Shown: positions 24,901-32,495 of the stretch, in pieces
Layout of the letters: each line of letters begins with the position of its first letter
Position numbering within the stretch: the first letter of the stretch is position 1
Source of the DNA: a virus
IMG/VR virus record: IMGVR_UViG_3300021963_007714
Location: 32,001-96,000 of that record
DNA: 64,000 nucleotides
Direction: 5' to 3' (one strand)
Notes under the pieces: generated by a model
Seen by the model: the letters and a program-made list of their open reading frames with translations, nothing else
The model's database searches: none
What the model was told of the DNA's origin: nothing
Translations under genes and position numbers: made by a program

Positions 24901-25095
24901 GTACTAGACCTGTCTGTTGTACGTGACCTAGGTAATAGTATATTAGGTGGTGGTGCTGCTCTAAGTCATCCAGCTAGTGATTTAAACAAGTACCCAGATG
25001 GTCCGGACATTCTAACACTATGTGCTCAAAATACTGGTGGTGTTACAACTAACAGTATTATTGCTCGTATTGGTTGGACAGAAGCTCAAGCTTAA
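21976..25095 (+). CDS. Virion structural protein with FCCH-like beta repeats
   Basis: 1039 aa; repeated VTVTTxxxHxLxxGxxIxV...NGxFxV units typical of large-phage tail/baseplate proteins; GAGG RBS. Confidence 0.65.
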   Translation: MAKHIIQESYTFTPGSNTIVLQNRFLRREQLVLITNVTTNTVIYNFADSALRATTFTTSIVANVETTTIVLNYNTSSMSSTDKLAILVEETNETFMPAEVYIDPVQKLRVSTPQSLIDTDFEYGVQPTKWETLNLMNNRPSGFYDPTAPVTITSVSGNGTRVVTVLLANTTGIIAGNPIYIQDTIDPNANGYFIIASVSTNVNFTYNAGANVTNGIIFDQTKTYVFNAIPYTGAGVAVTTTGGGSFVRSALNEVTVTTKDNHGLSVGDAIFVCNTTASSNPPNGAWFVRRTPTTNTFIYDTIADPTGTITAQASGSGLTVNTTVDASGRIIAVAVNAAGTLYAVGDIATISGGGGNARVKVTAIIPSATGSLVGAVNGVQVNQPGTGYSGASGVATTLNFSGGTLYVRPWGSAIHRPFDGGVYFTAGVPYHGNQLIRQTRRYFRYQSGKGIQFSTGSNMTSPFIVDNVTSSGSTVTVTTKFPHNLFTGANIRVSGCNESAYNGTFNVTFLTATTFSYTALSTPSASPATGSPTVQPNTWFGSFIRLGMFDNQNGFFFEYDGQALFACRRSSTNQLSGYVSALGTGEQSVTGVNSKWSSQLSPGDFIVVRGMSYTVVSIESDTAMTIYPDYRGTAIVPPTQLIISRTDTLRMQQNTWNIDKMDGTGESGFNIDINKMQMWYIDYTWYGAGAIRWGFRTQRGTVAYAHRLAHGNNMTEAYMRTGNLPARYEVSTIAPVTKLAATLSNSETGTITVASTTGFPNSGTLIINASGNTGAAIEYISYTGKTATTFTTLTRALTNLTGPQGLASGGGATTAQTFTFSATAPHSVSYFSPQCSNTISHWGSSVMMDGRFDDDKSIVFIAGMTTAYSNIGASVLVPLLSIRISPSVDSGLTGVIGARELVNRMQLVLRSAGIQTSGTNFLITGRLNARITGGTATSFTSAGGSSLAQVNYHASNNSVSGGEICFGAFTAPGVNVLDLSVVRDLGNSILGGGAALSHPASDLNKYPDGPDILTLCAQNTGGVTTNSIIARIGWTEAQA

Positions 25096-25110
25096 AAGCA
25101 TAAGCATAGA

Positions 25111-25142
25111 AAAGAAGGCTGCTATACGCAGCCTTTCTTTTT
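25111..25142 (+). terminator. Rho-independent terminator
   Basis: AAGGCTGC-tatac-GCAGCCTT followed by T-rich tract. Confidence 0.85.
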
Positions 25143-25157
25143 AATAAATATAAGATC

Positions 25158-28100
25158 ATGCGATTAGAAGACATCAAAGAAGGCAGCAGAGTTGATCATC
25201 AACATCAATTCAAAGAGATGTTTGCTAGATTCCTACCTATTGCTATAGAAATTCTCAATCTAAAATCTCTGCCTGAATTTCACTTTGAAGCATTTTTAGA
25301 TCATCCTCAACAACCTACCTTCGGTATGTATGTCAACGGTGAAAATAAATTGTATGTAGGCCTAAGTGGTCGTCATCCTAATGACATCTTTAGAACCATA
25401 GCACATGAATTAACTCACTACAAACAAGACACTGAACACATGCTGGATGATCGCAGCGGCGAGACTGGTAGTCCTATTGAAAACCAAGCCAATGCCATGG
25501 CTGGTATCATCATGCGTCATTTTAACAAAACCTATCCTGACTATCTTCGCAGTAAACCTGTTATGGAAGATATTGATGTCACTGATGAAAGTCTCAAAGG
25601 TTTGGCTGCTGCTGGACTAATAGGTCTAGGCATGTTAGGTGGTCCCAAAGATGTAGCCAGTGGTAACCTACCACAAGACCTACAAAAGGCACAGCAGCAA
25701 CACCGTGTTCAAATGGCTAAGAAACCTATGGCCAAACCCGCAGCGACAAAACCAGCAGCAGCTAAACCTTTACCAGCTAAAGCGACCCCTTTGTTAAAAG
25801 TAGCCAAGGCTAATGGTATTAAAGGCGTAGAACTAGCACAGTTTTTGGCACAAATGGAACATGAAAGTCTTGACTTTAAGAAGATGAAGGAGTTAGGTAA
25901 ATCGACCTACTTCAACAAATATGATCCAAAACATAACCCTAAATTAGCTAATAAATTAGGAAACAAATTCAAGGGTGACGGACTACAATTTAGAGGTCGT
26001 GGCTTTATACAATTAACAGGCAGAGAAAACTATACACAGGCCAGTCGTGACATATTTGGTGATGATAGGTTAGTTAAGAAACCAGACCTAGCAGCACAGC
26101 CAGATATAGCAGCACGTATAGCAGTATGGTATTGGACTGATCGTGTGAAACCTTTGGTCAAAGACTTTTCAGATACTACTCGTGTTACAAAGATTATCAA
26201 TGGTGGACTAAACGGACTTGAAGATAGAGAAAATAATTTCAGAGACTATATGGCCAGTCTTGGCCTAATGGAAAAATGGTCAATGAAGTATAAAAAGAGT
26301 ATCAATTGCGCCAATCCCAAAGGGTTCAGTCAGCGTGCTCACTGTCAAGGTCGTAAGAAAACAGAAGATGTAGAACAAGATCCAGGAGATCCTATACCTT
26401 TTCCAGCAGGCACTACTTCGGTAGATGTTAGTGATCCCTATGATTGGTATAAACTAGGCATGGTAATAAGTGATCTAGATGATGCCAATCCTCAAGCATT
26501 TGGACGAGGTGGTCCCAGCACTGTGATTGCCTTTGGCAGTGAAGATGAAGAACATAGACTGCTGCCATACCTTAAAAGACTTGGACTTAAACTAAAAGAC
26601 ATTGACAAACCCAGTGACACTAGAAAAATTGTGCCCGCCAAGGCTGTGTTAGACAAATTGGAAGAAGGTTTTAAACTAGACGAACTTAATATTAATCAAA
26701 CGCTGGCCTTTATCAAACAGGCACATGGTGATCAACTCTATGGCAAACTGCCCTATTGGACCCATCCTCGTGCTGTAGCCATGACAGGCAAAAAGATCTT
26801 TGGCAACAAGTTTAATAGTGATGCTGTAAAGGTTGCCTTCTTACATGATGTGGTAGAAGATACTAATATAAGTATAGATGAATTAGGCAAGTTAGACTTT
26901 TCACCACAGGTCATTGAAGCAGTGAGCCTGCTGACAAAGAACAAGACATTGACCTATCGTCAAAATATAGAAAACATTATCAACAGCGGCAACCCTTTGG
27001 CCATGATGGTCAAATATGCTGACAACTATGAAAACTATTCAGGTGATAAGAGCGACTGGGATTCTGCTCGAGCAGCCAGCAGTCAAAAGAAATACTTGAT
27101 GAGCCTTAATATGTTAGGGAGTAAGTTAGGTGTAAAACATCACGAGCAAAATTTAAAAGAACTAGGAACTACACAATATAAAGTAACAGAACCTAGAGAC
27201 ATGGTCAACGTTGATTTTAGATCCAAGCAAATTACCTACAAAGTTTTTAAATTCAAAGTAGATAAGCAGGTATTTCTAATTGTGCTCACTGTAAAAGACC
27301 AGGCAATGCCGGGCTCTAAGAAAAAGGTTCCAACCCTAAATGTAGCGTTTGGTAGGCAAGATAAAAACGGTTGGGACGTTGACGATATTGACACTAACCT
27401 AACTGGTGATAATCAAAATCAATTTCAAATCTATTCCACTGTGATCAAGGCCATACAAAAGTTTATTACTCAATTGAATCCTAATGTAGCACAAATTATA
27501 ATAAAAGGAGACAATGAGAGACAACAGGTAATGTATGATAGATTTTTTAATTCACGCTACTTGGAGAAATTTTTTCCAGGTTGGCAATTAAACCCAACAA
27601 CTAAAACTCTAATAAAAAATCAAAGTCAAAATTTAAAGGAACTTTTGGACCCTAAATTAGCCATAGATCTTGATTGGGCAGAGGGTAGTGATTATATTGC
27701 TGCCAGAGGTTATGTCACAGTGACTGATCAATATGGCAACAAAGAAGATGTAGAATTAGAAGTAGAATTCGGGGAATTTCCACAAAGAAATCGTAAAGAA
27801 TACGAAGTTCAATTTAAAGTAGGCGATAGTTATGATATAACAGGTGGTGGCAACGCTAATGTGATTTTTGCCACGGTTATACAGGCCTGTAAAGATTTCG
27901 TGGAAATGTATAAACCAGATCGATTATTCTTCACAGCAAAAGAGCAGTCTAGAGCAAGAATGTATGATACACTGACTAAACGTGTGGCCAAGCAGGTAGG
28001 ATGGCACGTTATACCATTTGATGAAATACAAAAGGATCCATTGTATAGAAATAACAGTGATAATGGGTTCGTGTTTGTCATAGGGAAAGGTGCTGCACCT

Positions 28101-28547
28101 GAAAAATGGTCCAGTGCTCAACAGCCACAACACGGTAGTTTTATGCCTATTTTCTATGTATATAATGTAGATAAAGATACACCTACTGTGGCAGTTAAGG
28201 TTAGGGCCCCAAATAGGGAGACTGCTGTTCAGCACGCTATGAAAATAGAACCCAGTTTTAAAGATTTGGATTTAATGCAGATACACGCCTTGAACAGCCT
28301 ACCCAAGCGTGAAGTCACTGATGTAATAGATGGTGGCACAGCAGAAGATCCTAGAAAGGTAGGAGAAAACTTTGCTGATGGTAAGAATCCACAGGATAAA
28401 GGTGATAGTGGTAGACACGGCATAAAAAAAGGTATTACAATAGCACAACTAAAAAAGATTAGATCCAGTGACTCAGCCAGTCCAAGAAAAAAGCAGTTGG
28501 CACACTGGCAGATCAATATGAGACAGGGGCGTAGTAAAAAAGGATAA
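25158..28547 (+). CDS. Multidomain protein: zincin (HExxH) + GH19 muramidase + RelA/SpoT-type HD hydrolase + unknown modules; probable virion polyprotein
   Basis: IAHELTH; AQMEHES...RGRGFIQLTGRENY...TKIINGGLNGLEDR (GH19); AHGDQ..PYWTHP..LHDVVEDT..VKYADN (HD hydrolase). Confidence 0.8.
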   Translation: MRLEDIKEGSRVDHQHQFKEMFARFLPIAIEILNLKSLPEFHFEAFLDHPQQPTFGMYVNGENKLYVGLSGRHPNDIFRTIAHELTHYKQDTEHMLDDRSGETGSPIENQANAMAGIIMRHFNKTYPDYLRSKPVMEDIDVTDESLKGLAAAGLIGLGMLGGPKDVASGNLPQDLQKAQQQHRVQMAKKPMAKPAATKPAAAKPLPAKATPLLKVAKANGIKGVELAQFLAQMEHESLDFKKMKELGKSTYFNKYDPKHNPKLANKLGNKFKGDGLQFRGRGFIQLTGRENYTQASRDIFGDDRLVKKPDLAAQPDIAARIAVWYWTDRVKPLVKDFSDTTRVTKIINGGLNGLEDRENNFRDYMASLGLMEKWSMKYKKSINCANPKGFSQRAHCQGRKKTEDVEQDPGDPIPFPAGTTSVDVSDPYDWYKLGMVISDLDDANPQAFGRGGPSTVIAFGSEDEEHRLLPYLKRLGLKLKDIDKPSDTRKIVPAKAVLDKLEEGFKLDELNINQTLAFIKQAHGDQLYGKLPYWTHPRAVAMTGKKIFGNKFNSDAVKVAFLHDVVEDTNISIDELGKLDFSPQVIEAVSLLTKNKTLTYRQNIENIINSGNPLAMMVKYADNYENYSGDKSDWDSARAASSQKKYLMSLNMLGSKLGVKHHEQNLKELGTTQYKVTEPRDMVNVDFRSKQITYKVFKFKVDKQVFLIVLTVKDQAMPGSKKKVPTLNVAFGRQDKNGWDVDDIDTNLTGDNQNQFQIYSTVIKAIQKFITQLNPNVAQIIIKGDNERQQVMYDRFFNSRYLEKFFPGWQLNPTTKTLIKNQSQNLKELLDPKLAIDLDWAEGSDYIAARGYVTVTDQYGNKEDVELEVEFGEFPQRNRKEYEVQFKVGDSYDITGGGNANVIFATVIQACKDFVEMYKPDRLFFTAKEQSRARMYDTLTKRVAKQVGWHVIPFDEIQKDPLYRNNSDNGFVFVIGKGAAPEKWSSAQQPQHGSFMPIFYVYNVDKDTPTVAVKVRAPNRETAVQHAMKIEPSFKDLDLMQIHALNSLPKREVTDVIDGGTAEDPRKVGENFADGKNPQDKGDSGRHGIKKGITIAQLKKIRSSDSASPRKKQLAHWQINMRQGRSKKG

Positions 28548-28549
28548 CG

Positions 28550-28762
28550 ATGTTTCTAAATACCATAGCAGTAATTTTTATTACGTATGCCATTTTAATT
28601 TTATTTTCAACCAAAGACGGAATTAGCAAGCAGGTAAGACAAGCCCTGGGCCCAGAAGATTTGGAAAGACTTCAAACTGAGCTCGACTATCGCGAATATT
28701 GGGCTGTTTTATTATTCCTATTTGGTTTATTAATCTTACTACCTAAATTAATAATGTGGTAA
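28550..28762 (+). CDS. Small membrane protein
   Basis: 70 aa with two hydrophobic stretches. Confidence 0.6.
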   Translation: MFLNTIAVIFITYAILILFSTKDGISKQVRQALGPEDLERLQTELDYREYWAVLLFLFGLLILLPKLIMW

Positions 28763-28784
28763 AAAAAGGGCCTTATGGCCCTTT
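28761..28784. terminator. Terminator between convergent genes (best on minus strand)
   Basis: AAAAAAAGGGCC-ttat-GGCCCTTT. Confidence 0.8.
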
Positions 28785-28803
28785 AAATCTCTATGAGATA
28801 GGT

Positions 28804-29091
28804 TTATCTTCTGCCGCCTGCAGCATTAACAAATTGATACATTTTTTCAGCAGTCTCTAGAACTTTGTCTAGTCCCGGGAACTCAGGCATACCAACTGAT
28901 GTTACAATCTGACCTGTCTTTTCGTCACGTTTGACAGAGCTTTCCCAACCTTGCCATTTGTAGGTATATTCAGCTTGGACAAGATCTTTTGCCATGGCTA
29001 GGATGTCGGTGCGGATTTCATATCCGTTCTTATTGAACTTTACTTCGGGCATTTTTAATTCTGGTAAAATACGATCTGAATTAGACATCAT
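28804..29091 (-). CDS. Hypothetical phage protein next to the phasin-like gene
   Basis: Start reassigned to ATG 29091 with AAGGAG RBS; NKNGYEIRTDILAMAKD motif. Confidence 0.7.
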   Translation of the reverse strand: MMSNSDRILPELKMPEVKFNKNGYEIRTDILAMAKDLVQAEYTYKWQGWESSVKRDEKTGQIVTSVGMPEFPGLDKVLETAEKMYQFVNAAGGRR

Positions 29092-29120
29092 TTTCTCCTT
29101 ATGTGTGTATGTCTTTATTG

Positions 29121-29411
29121 TTAGGATTTTTGTGCTGCACGACTTTGCGCAGACCAGGCATCCCAACCTGCCTTGAACCAGTCAATGCTAAAAGGATTGA
29201 CCAATTTTTCTACTTTGGTATGTAAAATTTCTCTGCCACATGTTGATATAATATTGCTTGTGGCTTCTATAGCAGAGTGCAAAAATTTAGTTTGTGCATC
29301 TATATAGATAATCATGTCTGCTTTGATATCTTGATGACGCACATATTTTTCTACAAATTGTCGCTTGGCATTCTGCATGCTGTCGATAAACAGTAAAGGT
29401 TGATTAAACAT
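29121..29411 (-). CDS. Phasin-like protein
   Basis: Start ATG 29411 with GGGAG RBS; helical FIDSMQNAKRQFV...IDAQTKF pattern resembling phage phasin-family proteins. Confidence 0.5.
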   Translation of the reverse strand: MFNQPLLFIDSMQNAKRQFVEKYVRHQDIKADMIIYIDAQTKFLHSAIEATSNIISTCGREILHTKVEKLVNPFSIDWFKAGWDAWSAQSRAAQKS

Positions 29412-29434
29412 TGTTGTCTCCCTGTGTGTATAAT

Positions 29435-29462
29435 AGTATACGGTGTTATTTATATATGTCAA
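29435..29462 (-). promoter_or_regulatory. Sigma70-type promoter with nested late TAAATA
   Basis: Minus strand TTGACA-16 nt-TATACT; the spacer contains TAAATA. Confidence 0.65.
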
Positions 29463-29592
29463 TAGATCTTGGCTTAAAATTTATTCTAGTAAAATCCCAT
29501 TCCTCACCTAAAACCGGTTTACGTTCTAACATTTCGTCAATAGCCACTACCATTAATAAAAAAGCAAATATCATTATTGAAGTTATAATCAT
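29446..29592 (-). CDS. Small membrane protein (48 aa), not in ORF track
   Basis: MIITSIMIFAFLLMVVAIDEMLERK...; ATGA overlap with upstream ORF. Confidence 0.5.
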   Translation of the reverse strand: MIITSIMIFAFLLMVVAIDEMLERKPVLGEEWDFTRINFKPRSIDIYK

Positions 29593-29696
29593 TTGTTCAT
29601 TAACCTCACAGCACTTTGCCACTTACCACGGCGAGTTAGGTGACTGGCCAATAGTCCAGAGCACCATACATCATAAATCAACTTTAATATTTTCAT
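29589..29696 (-). CDS. Small protein (35 aa), not in ORF track
   Basis: MKILKLIYDVWCSGLLASHLTRRGKWQSAVRLMNK; AAGGAG RBS; ATGA overlaps at both ends. Confidence 0.6.
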   Translation of the reverse strand: MKILKLIYDVWCSGLLASHLTRRGKWQSAVRLMNK

Positions 29697-29806
29697 TGCC
29701 ATGCTCCTTTATTATGGGTGGTCATATATCTACGGGCACGAGCTCGGCCGCTGGCTTCTAGGACTAGAAATATTTTGTGAAATACTGCTAAGATATAGGT
29801 AATCAT
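29693..29806 (-). CDS. Small protein (37 aa), not in ORF track
   Basis: MITYILAVFHKIFLVLEASGRARARRYMTTHNKGAWQ; AAGGA RBS. Confidence 0.6.
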   Translation of the reverse strand: MITYILAVFHKIFLVLEASGRARARRYMTTHNKGAWQ

Positions 29807-29810
29807 TTTA

Positions 29811-29981
29811 TTATTCCTTATGGGATTTGTATTCATACTCTTTCATATAATTTTCAAGAGTGGCTGCATCTGTAATGCTTTTTGTGCTTAAATATTGATC
29901 CAGTCTGCTCTGGTAAGAATCAGATGGAAACATCTCAGCAAGGCGCTCAAGGATATTGAGCATTATAGTTGATATAGACAT
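29811..29981 (-). CDS. Small protein (56 aa), DUF3563-like, not in ORF track
   Basis: MSISTIMLNILERLAEMFPSDSYQSRLDQYLSTKSITDAATLENYMKEYEYKSHKE; AGGAG RBS; minus-strand TAAATA at 30021-30026. Confidence 0.6.
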   Translation of the reverse strand: MSISTIMLNILERLAEMFPSDSYQSRLDQYLSTKSITDAATLENYMKEYEYKSHKE

Positions 29982-30036
29982 TTGTTATATTTCTCCTATA
30001 TGTATATGTGTATATGATTATATTTAGCGCAGTTTT

Positions 30037-30051
30037 TGTTGCGATGCCACA
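30037..30051. promoter_or_regulatory. Imperfect palindrome, PhaR-like operator
   Basis: TGTTGC-gat-GCCACA between divergent late promoters. Confidence 0.45.
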
Positions 30052-30106
30052 TTATAAATGTTTTTTTAATCAGTGTCTAGCGATAAATAGTTTTGGAGAA
30101 CTAAAA

Positions 30107-30364
30107 TTGAAAAAAGTTACTAAAAGCTTATTAGAAGAACTTAATAGTATATCTTCAAAGCGTGATAAAGAAGCTATAATAGAAAGTCGTGCTACCCATG
30201 TCATCAATAGTGCCATCAATCTGTTGCAGTTGATAAAAGAAAATTATAATGAAACTGACGCAGGTGAATTAGAAAGAAGATTATTAAACAGCATAAAAGG
30301 GTCGGATCCTAATAAGTTTTCTAGAGGTATTAGAAAGTTGAAAGAAACAAAAGCTAGGCAATGA
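30107..30364 (+). CDS. Hypothetical phage protein
   Basis: Likely TTG start at 30107 after GGAG RBS and TAAATA (30084); KSLLEELN...ERRLLNSIK. Confidence 0.7.
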   Translation: MKKVTKSLLEELNSISSKRDKEAIIESRATHVINSAINLLQLIKENYNETDAGELERRLLNSIKGSDPNKFSRGIRKLKETKARQ

Positions 30365-30438
30365 GTTATTTTTATTACAACTGGAATAAATAAACATATT
30401 AGCATCACGGAATGCTTGCCAATTAAGGAGAAATTAAA

Positions 30439-30846
30439 ATGGCTGAGTTAGTTAAAAAGAATGAATCTGTAGCACTTCCTTTGTTCAAGAATGGTGTTAG
30501 CCTACAGTTTTTCAAAGTTACATTTGCATCAGACGTTAGCGCAAAGCTTGCTGCTACTACTGCTGGTGTTAAGAGCCCAGTAGTACAGGCTTTAGAAGCA
30601 ATTCAAGCTCGTGTAAGCGTTGAAGTTATGGCCCCATTACAAACAGGTGGTACAGTATTACCTATCGCCGTAGCTGCGATTGGTGGTGATTACCCAAGTG
30701 ATAACTATGATGGTACAAGTGGTAACGAAACACTAGCTGCTTATCTACAGACATTAGTTCAGGCTGCTGGTACAACTACAGGTTCTTTACAAAGCGTAGC
30801 AAATACAGCAACAACTGTTCTAGCAGGTTGGCCAGCACTGGCTTAA
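30439..30846 (+). CDS. Small Ala/Thr-rich protein, probably abundant structural/decoration protein
   Basis: Own late promoter (30387), AAGGAG RBS, biased codons, own terminator. Confidence 0.55.
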   Translation: MAELVKKNESVALPLFKNGVSLQFFKVTFASDVSAKLAATTAGVKSPVVQALEAIQARVSVEVMAPLQTGGTVLPIAVAAIGGDYPSDNYDGTSGNETLAAYLQTLVQAAGTTTGSLQSVANTATTVLAGWPALA

Positions 30847-30865
30847 TTTTGCTCATGAGCAATTC

Positions 30866-30889
30866 AAAAGCGGCTTCGGCCGCTTTTTT
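30866..30889 (+). terminator. Rho-independent terminator with UUCG tetraloop
   Basis: AAAAGCGGC-TTCG-GCCGCTTTTTT. Confidence 0.9.
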
Positions 30890-30922
30890 GTGCTATAAAT
30901 ATCGTAAAATAGGTATTTAATT

Positions 30923-31348
30923 ATGCACACAGTAGAAATACAAACTCTAATTGACATAACAGAAACTGGCGTAAATCGTCCTCATAGAGATCGTATGAAG
31001 GAATATGACCAGCAGAGAAATTTTATAACTTTGAAACAATGCCTAGAACTACGTTCTAATATAAGTTATACAATAGATCCTGTTATGGAAATAAAAGATG
31101 TAAAAGGCCTAGAATTTGGATCGAAATACAAGGGAAAACAGGCTATATGGACGTTTAGATTTTCAACTGATAGAAGTAATGTGTACACGGACGATTATGA
31201 TGAATTAGGATTATTAATTAATGATTTACATGGAGTTCCTATTATTCAAAATCTTACCGAATCGATAAATATTGAAAAGCCCATATTCGATTTAAAGAAT
31301 TTGGAATACAAAAATACACTCATTAAGGCACTTAAAGGCATTTTTTAG
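30923..31348 (+). CDS. Hypothetical protein
   Basis: 141 aa; TATAAATA at 30894. Confidence 0.7.
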   Translation: MHTVEIQTLIDITETGVNRPHRDRMKEYDQQRNFITLKQCLELRSNISYTIDPVMEIKDVKGLEFGSKYKGKQAIWTFRFSTDRSNVYTDDYDELGLLINDLHGVPIIQNLTESINIEKPIFDLKNLEYKNTLIKALKGIF

Positions 31349-31378
31349 GCATCGCAGTATTATATCTAGGAGAGTTAA

Positions 31379-31615
31379 GTGTCTGGACCAACAGATATTG
31401 AAAAAGAAAATCTTGAGGCACATGTAGAACTTTGTGCTGTCAGATATAAAGAAATAGAAAATAGATTAAGTGCGATTGAGGGCAGTGTTTCTAGCCTCAA
31501 AAAAACTGTAGAAGAAAGCCACATGAATACTATTAAAGTTTTAATAGGAACAGCTGGCACAGTAGTTGCCAGTGTGTTAGGTGTTTTAGTTGTCGTTCTA
31601 CAGAAAATGTCATGA
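31379..31615 (+). CDS. Coiled-coil protein with C-terminal transmembrane helix
   Basis: GTG start with AGGAG RBS; heptad segment then IGTAGTVVASVLGVLVVVL. Confidence 0.65.
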   Translation: MSGPTDIEKENLEAHVELCAVRYKEIENRLSAIEGSVSSLKKTVEESHMNTIKVLIGTAGTVVASVLGVLVVVLQKMS

Positions 31616-31998
31616 AAATACAAGAGCTATTAGGCGAACAAACCATAGGAACTTCAGGCTCTACTACAGGACCGGTAGGAACTGTATCACAGGTTAGTCA
31701 AAAACCCAGTGATAAACCTATGACCGCTACTAGCACACAACAAGACTCAACTACAAAAAATCTAGACAATCTATTAAAACAAAATCAAATCAATGTGAAA
31801 AATACAGATGATTTTTTAAGAGCTTTTGACGCCATACAACAAAAGCAACCTATCAATAATCTTCCACCTGAGCAACAAAAGGCCATAGGTGACTATACCA
31901 AAGCTACTATTAATCGTCCTGGTTTACCTACACAAATGGCTTCTATAATGAAGTCTATAAAAACTGCTAATACAAACAACACAGCTAAACCTGCTTGA
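31612..31998 (+). CDS. Hypothetical protein, possible head-internal protein
   Basis: N-terminus MKIQELLGE; ATGA overlap. Confidence 0.6.
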   Translation: MKIQELLGEQTIGTSGSTTGPVGTVSQVSQKPSDKPMTATSTQQDSTTKNLDNLLKQNQINVKNTDDFLRAFDAIQQKQPINNLPPEQQKAIGDYTKATINRPGLPTQMASIMKSIKTANTNNTAKPA

Positions 31999-31999
31999 T

Positions 32000-32470
32000 A
32001 TGAAATCTATTCCAACTAATCTAGTTCATGAGCTTTCTATTATCAAACAGAATGTCAAGCGTGAACTAAAAAAGAAAGGTATGGTCCCCGCCAGAACTAC
32101 CAAGGATGGTAATGTTCAGGTAGGAAATTATGTAATCGAAAAAGATTCAAATGATCTTTTTCTAATCAAAGATATTGACGGCATATCTTTATATGAAAAA
32201 ATTAATCTGGCACAATCTGCTATAATATTGGCTAATAATCTAGCTCTTGGTATTAAAACAACACATGATATTTTATTCTACGACAATTATTATGGGCATT
32301 ATCTCTTTAGTGAACAACATTGTAAACATCTTTATGATAAATCCAGAGCTAGAAAAGATTATGACCAGGCAGAAATAGTGTTTGAAAAATTAACTACTTC
32401 TAGGTTAAAGAAGAAATATTACTACAATATTATTACGTCAGGATTTGATAAACTGATGAAAATAGTATAA
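32000..32470 (+). CDS. Hypothetical protein
   Basis: 156-aa ORF in operon context. Confidence 0.65.
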   Translation: MKSIPTNLVHELSIIKQNVKRELKKKGMVPARTTKDGNVQVGNYVIEKDSNDLFLIKDIDGISLYEKINLAQSAIILANNLALGIKTTHDILFYDNYYGHYLFSEQHCKHLYDKSRARKDYDQAEIVFEKLTTSRLKKKYYYNIITSGFDKLMKIV

Positions 32471-32495
32471 ATAAATGAAATAATTTGGAATAATC

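Noticed and set aside
5439-25113. agcatagaaaa preceding two terminators
   Set aside because: Short, A-rich, only two copies; not distinguishable from chance
29411-29761. 116-aa plus-strand ORF
   Set aside because: The opposite strand carries coupled small ORFs with SD sequences that explain the region better
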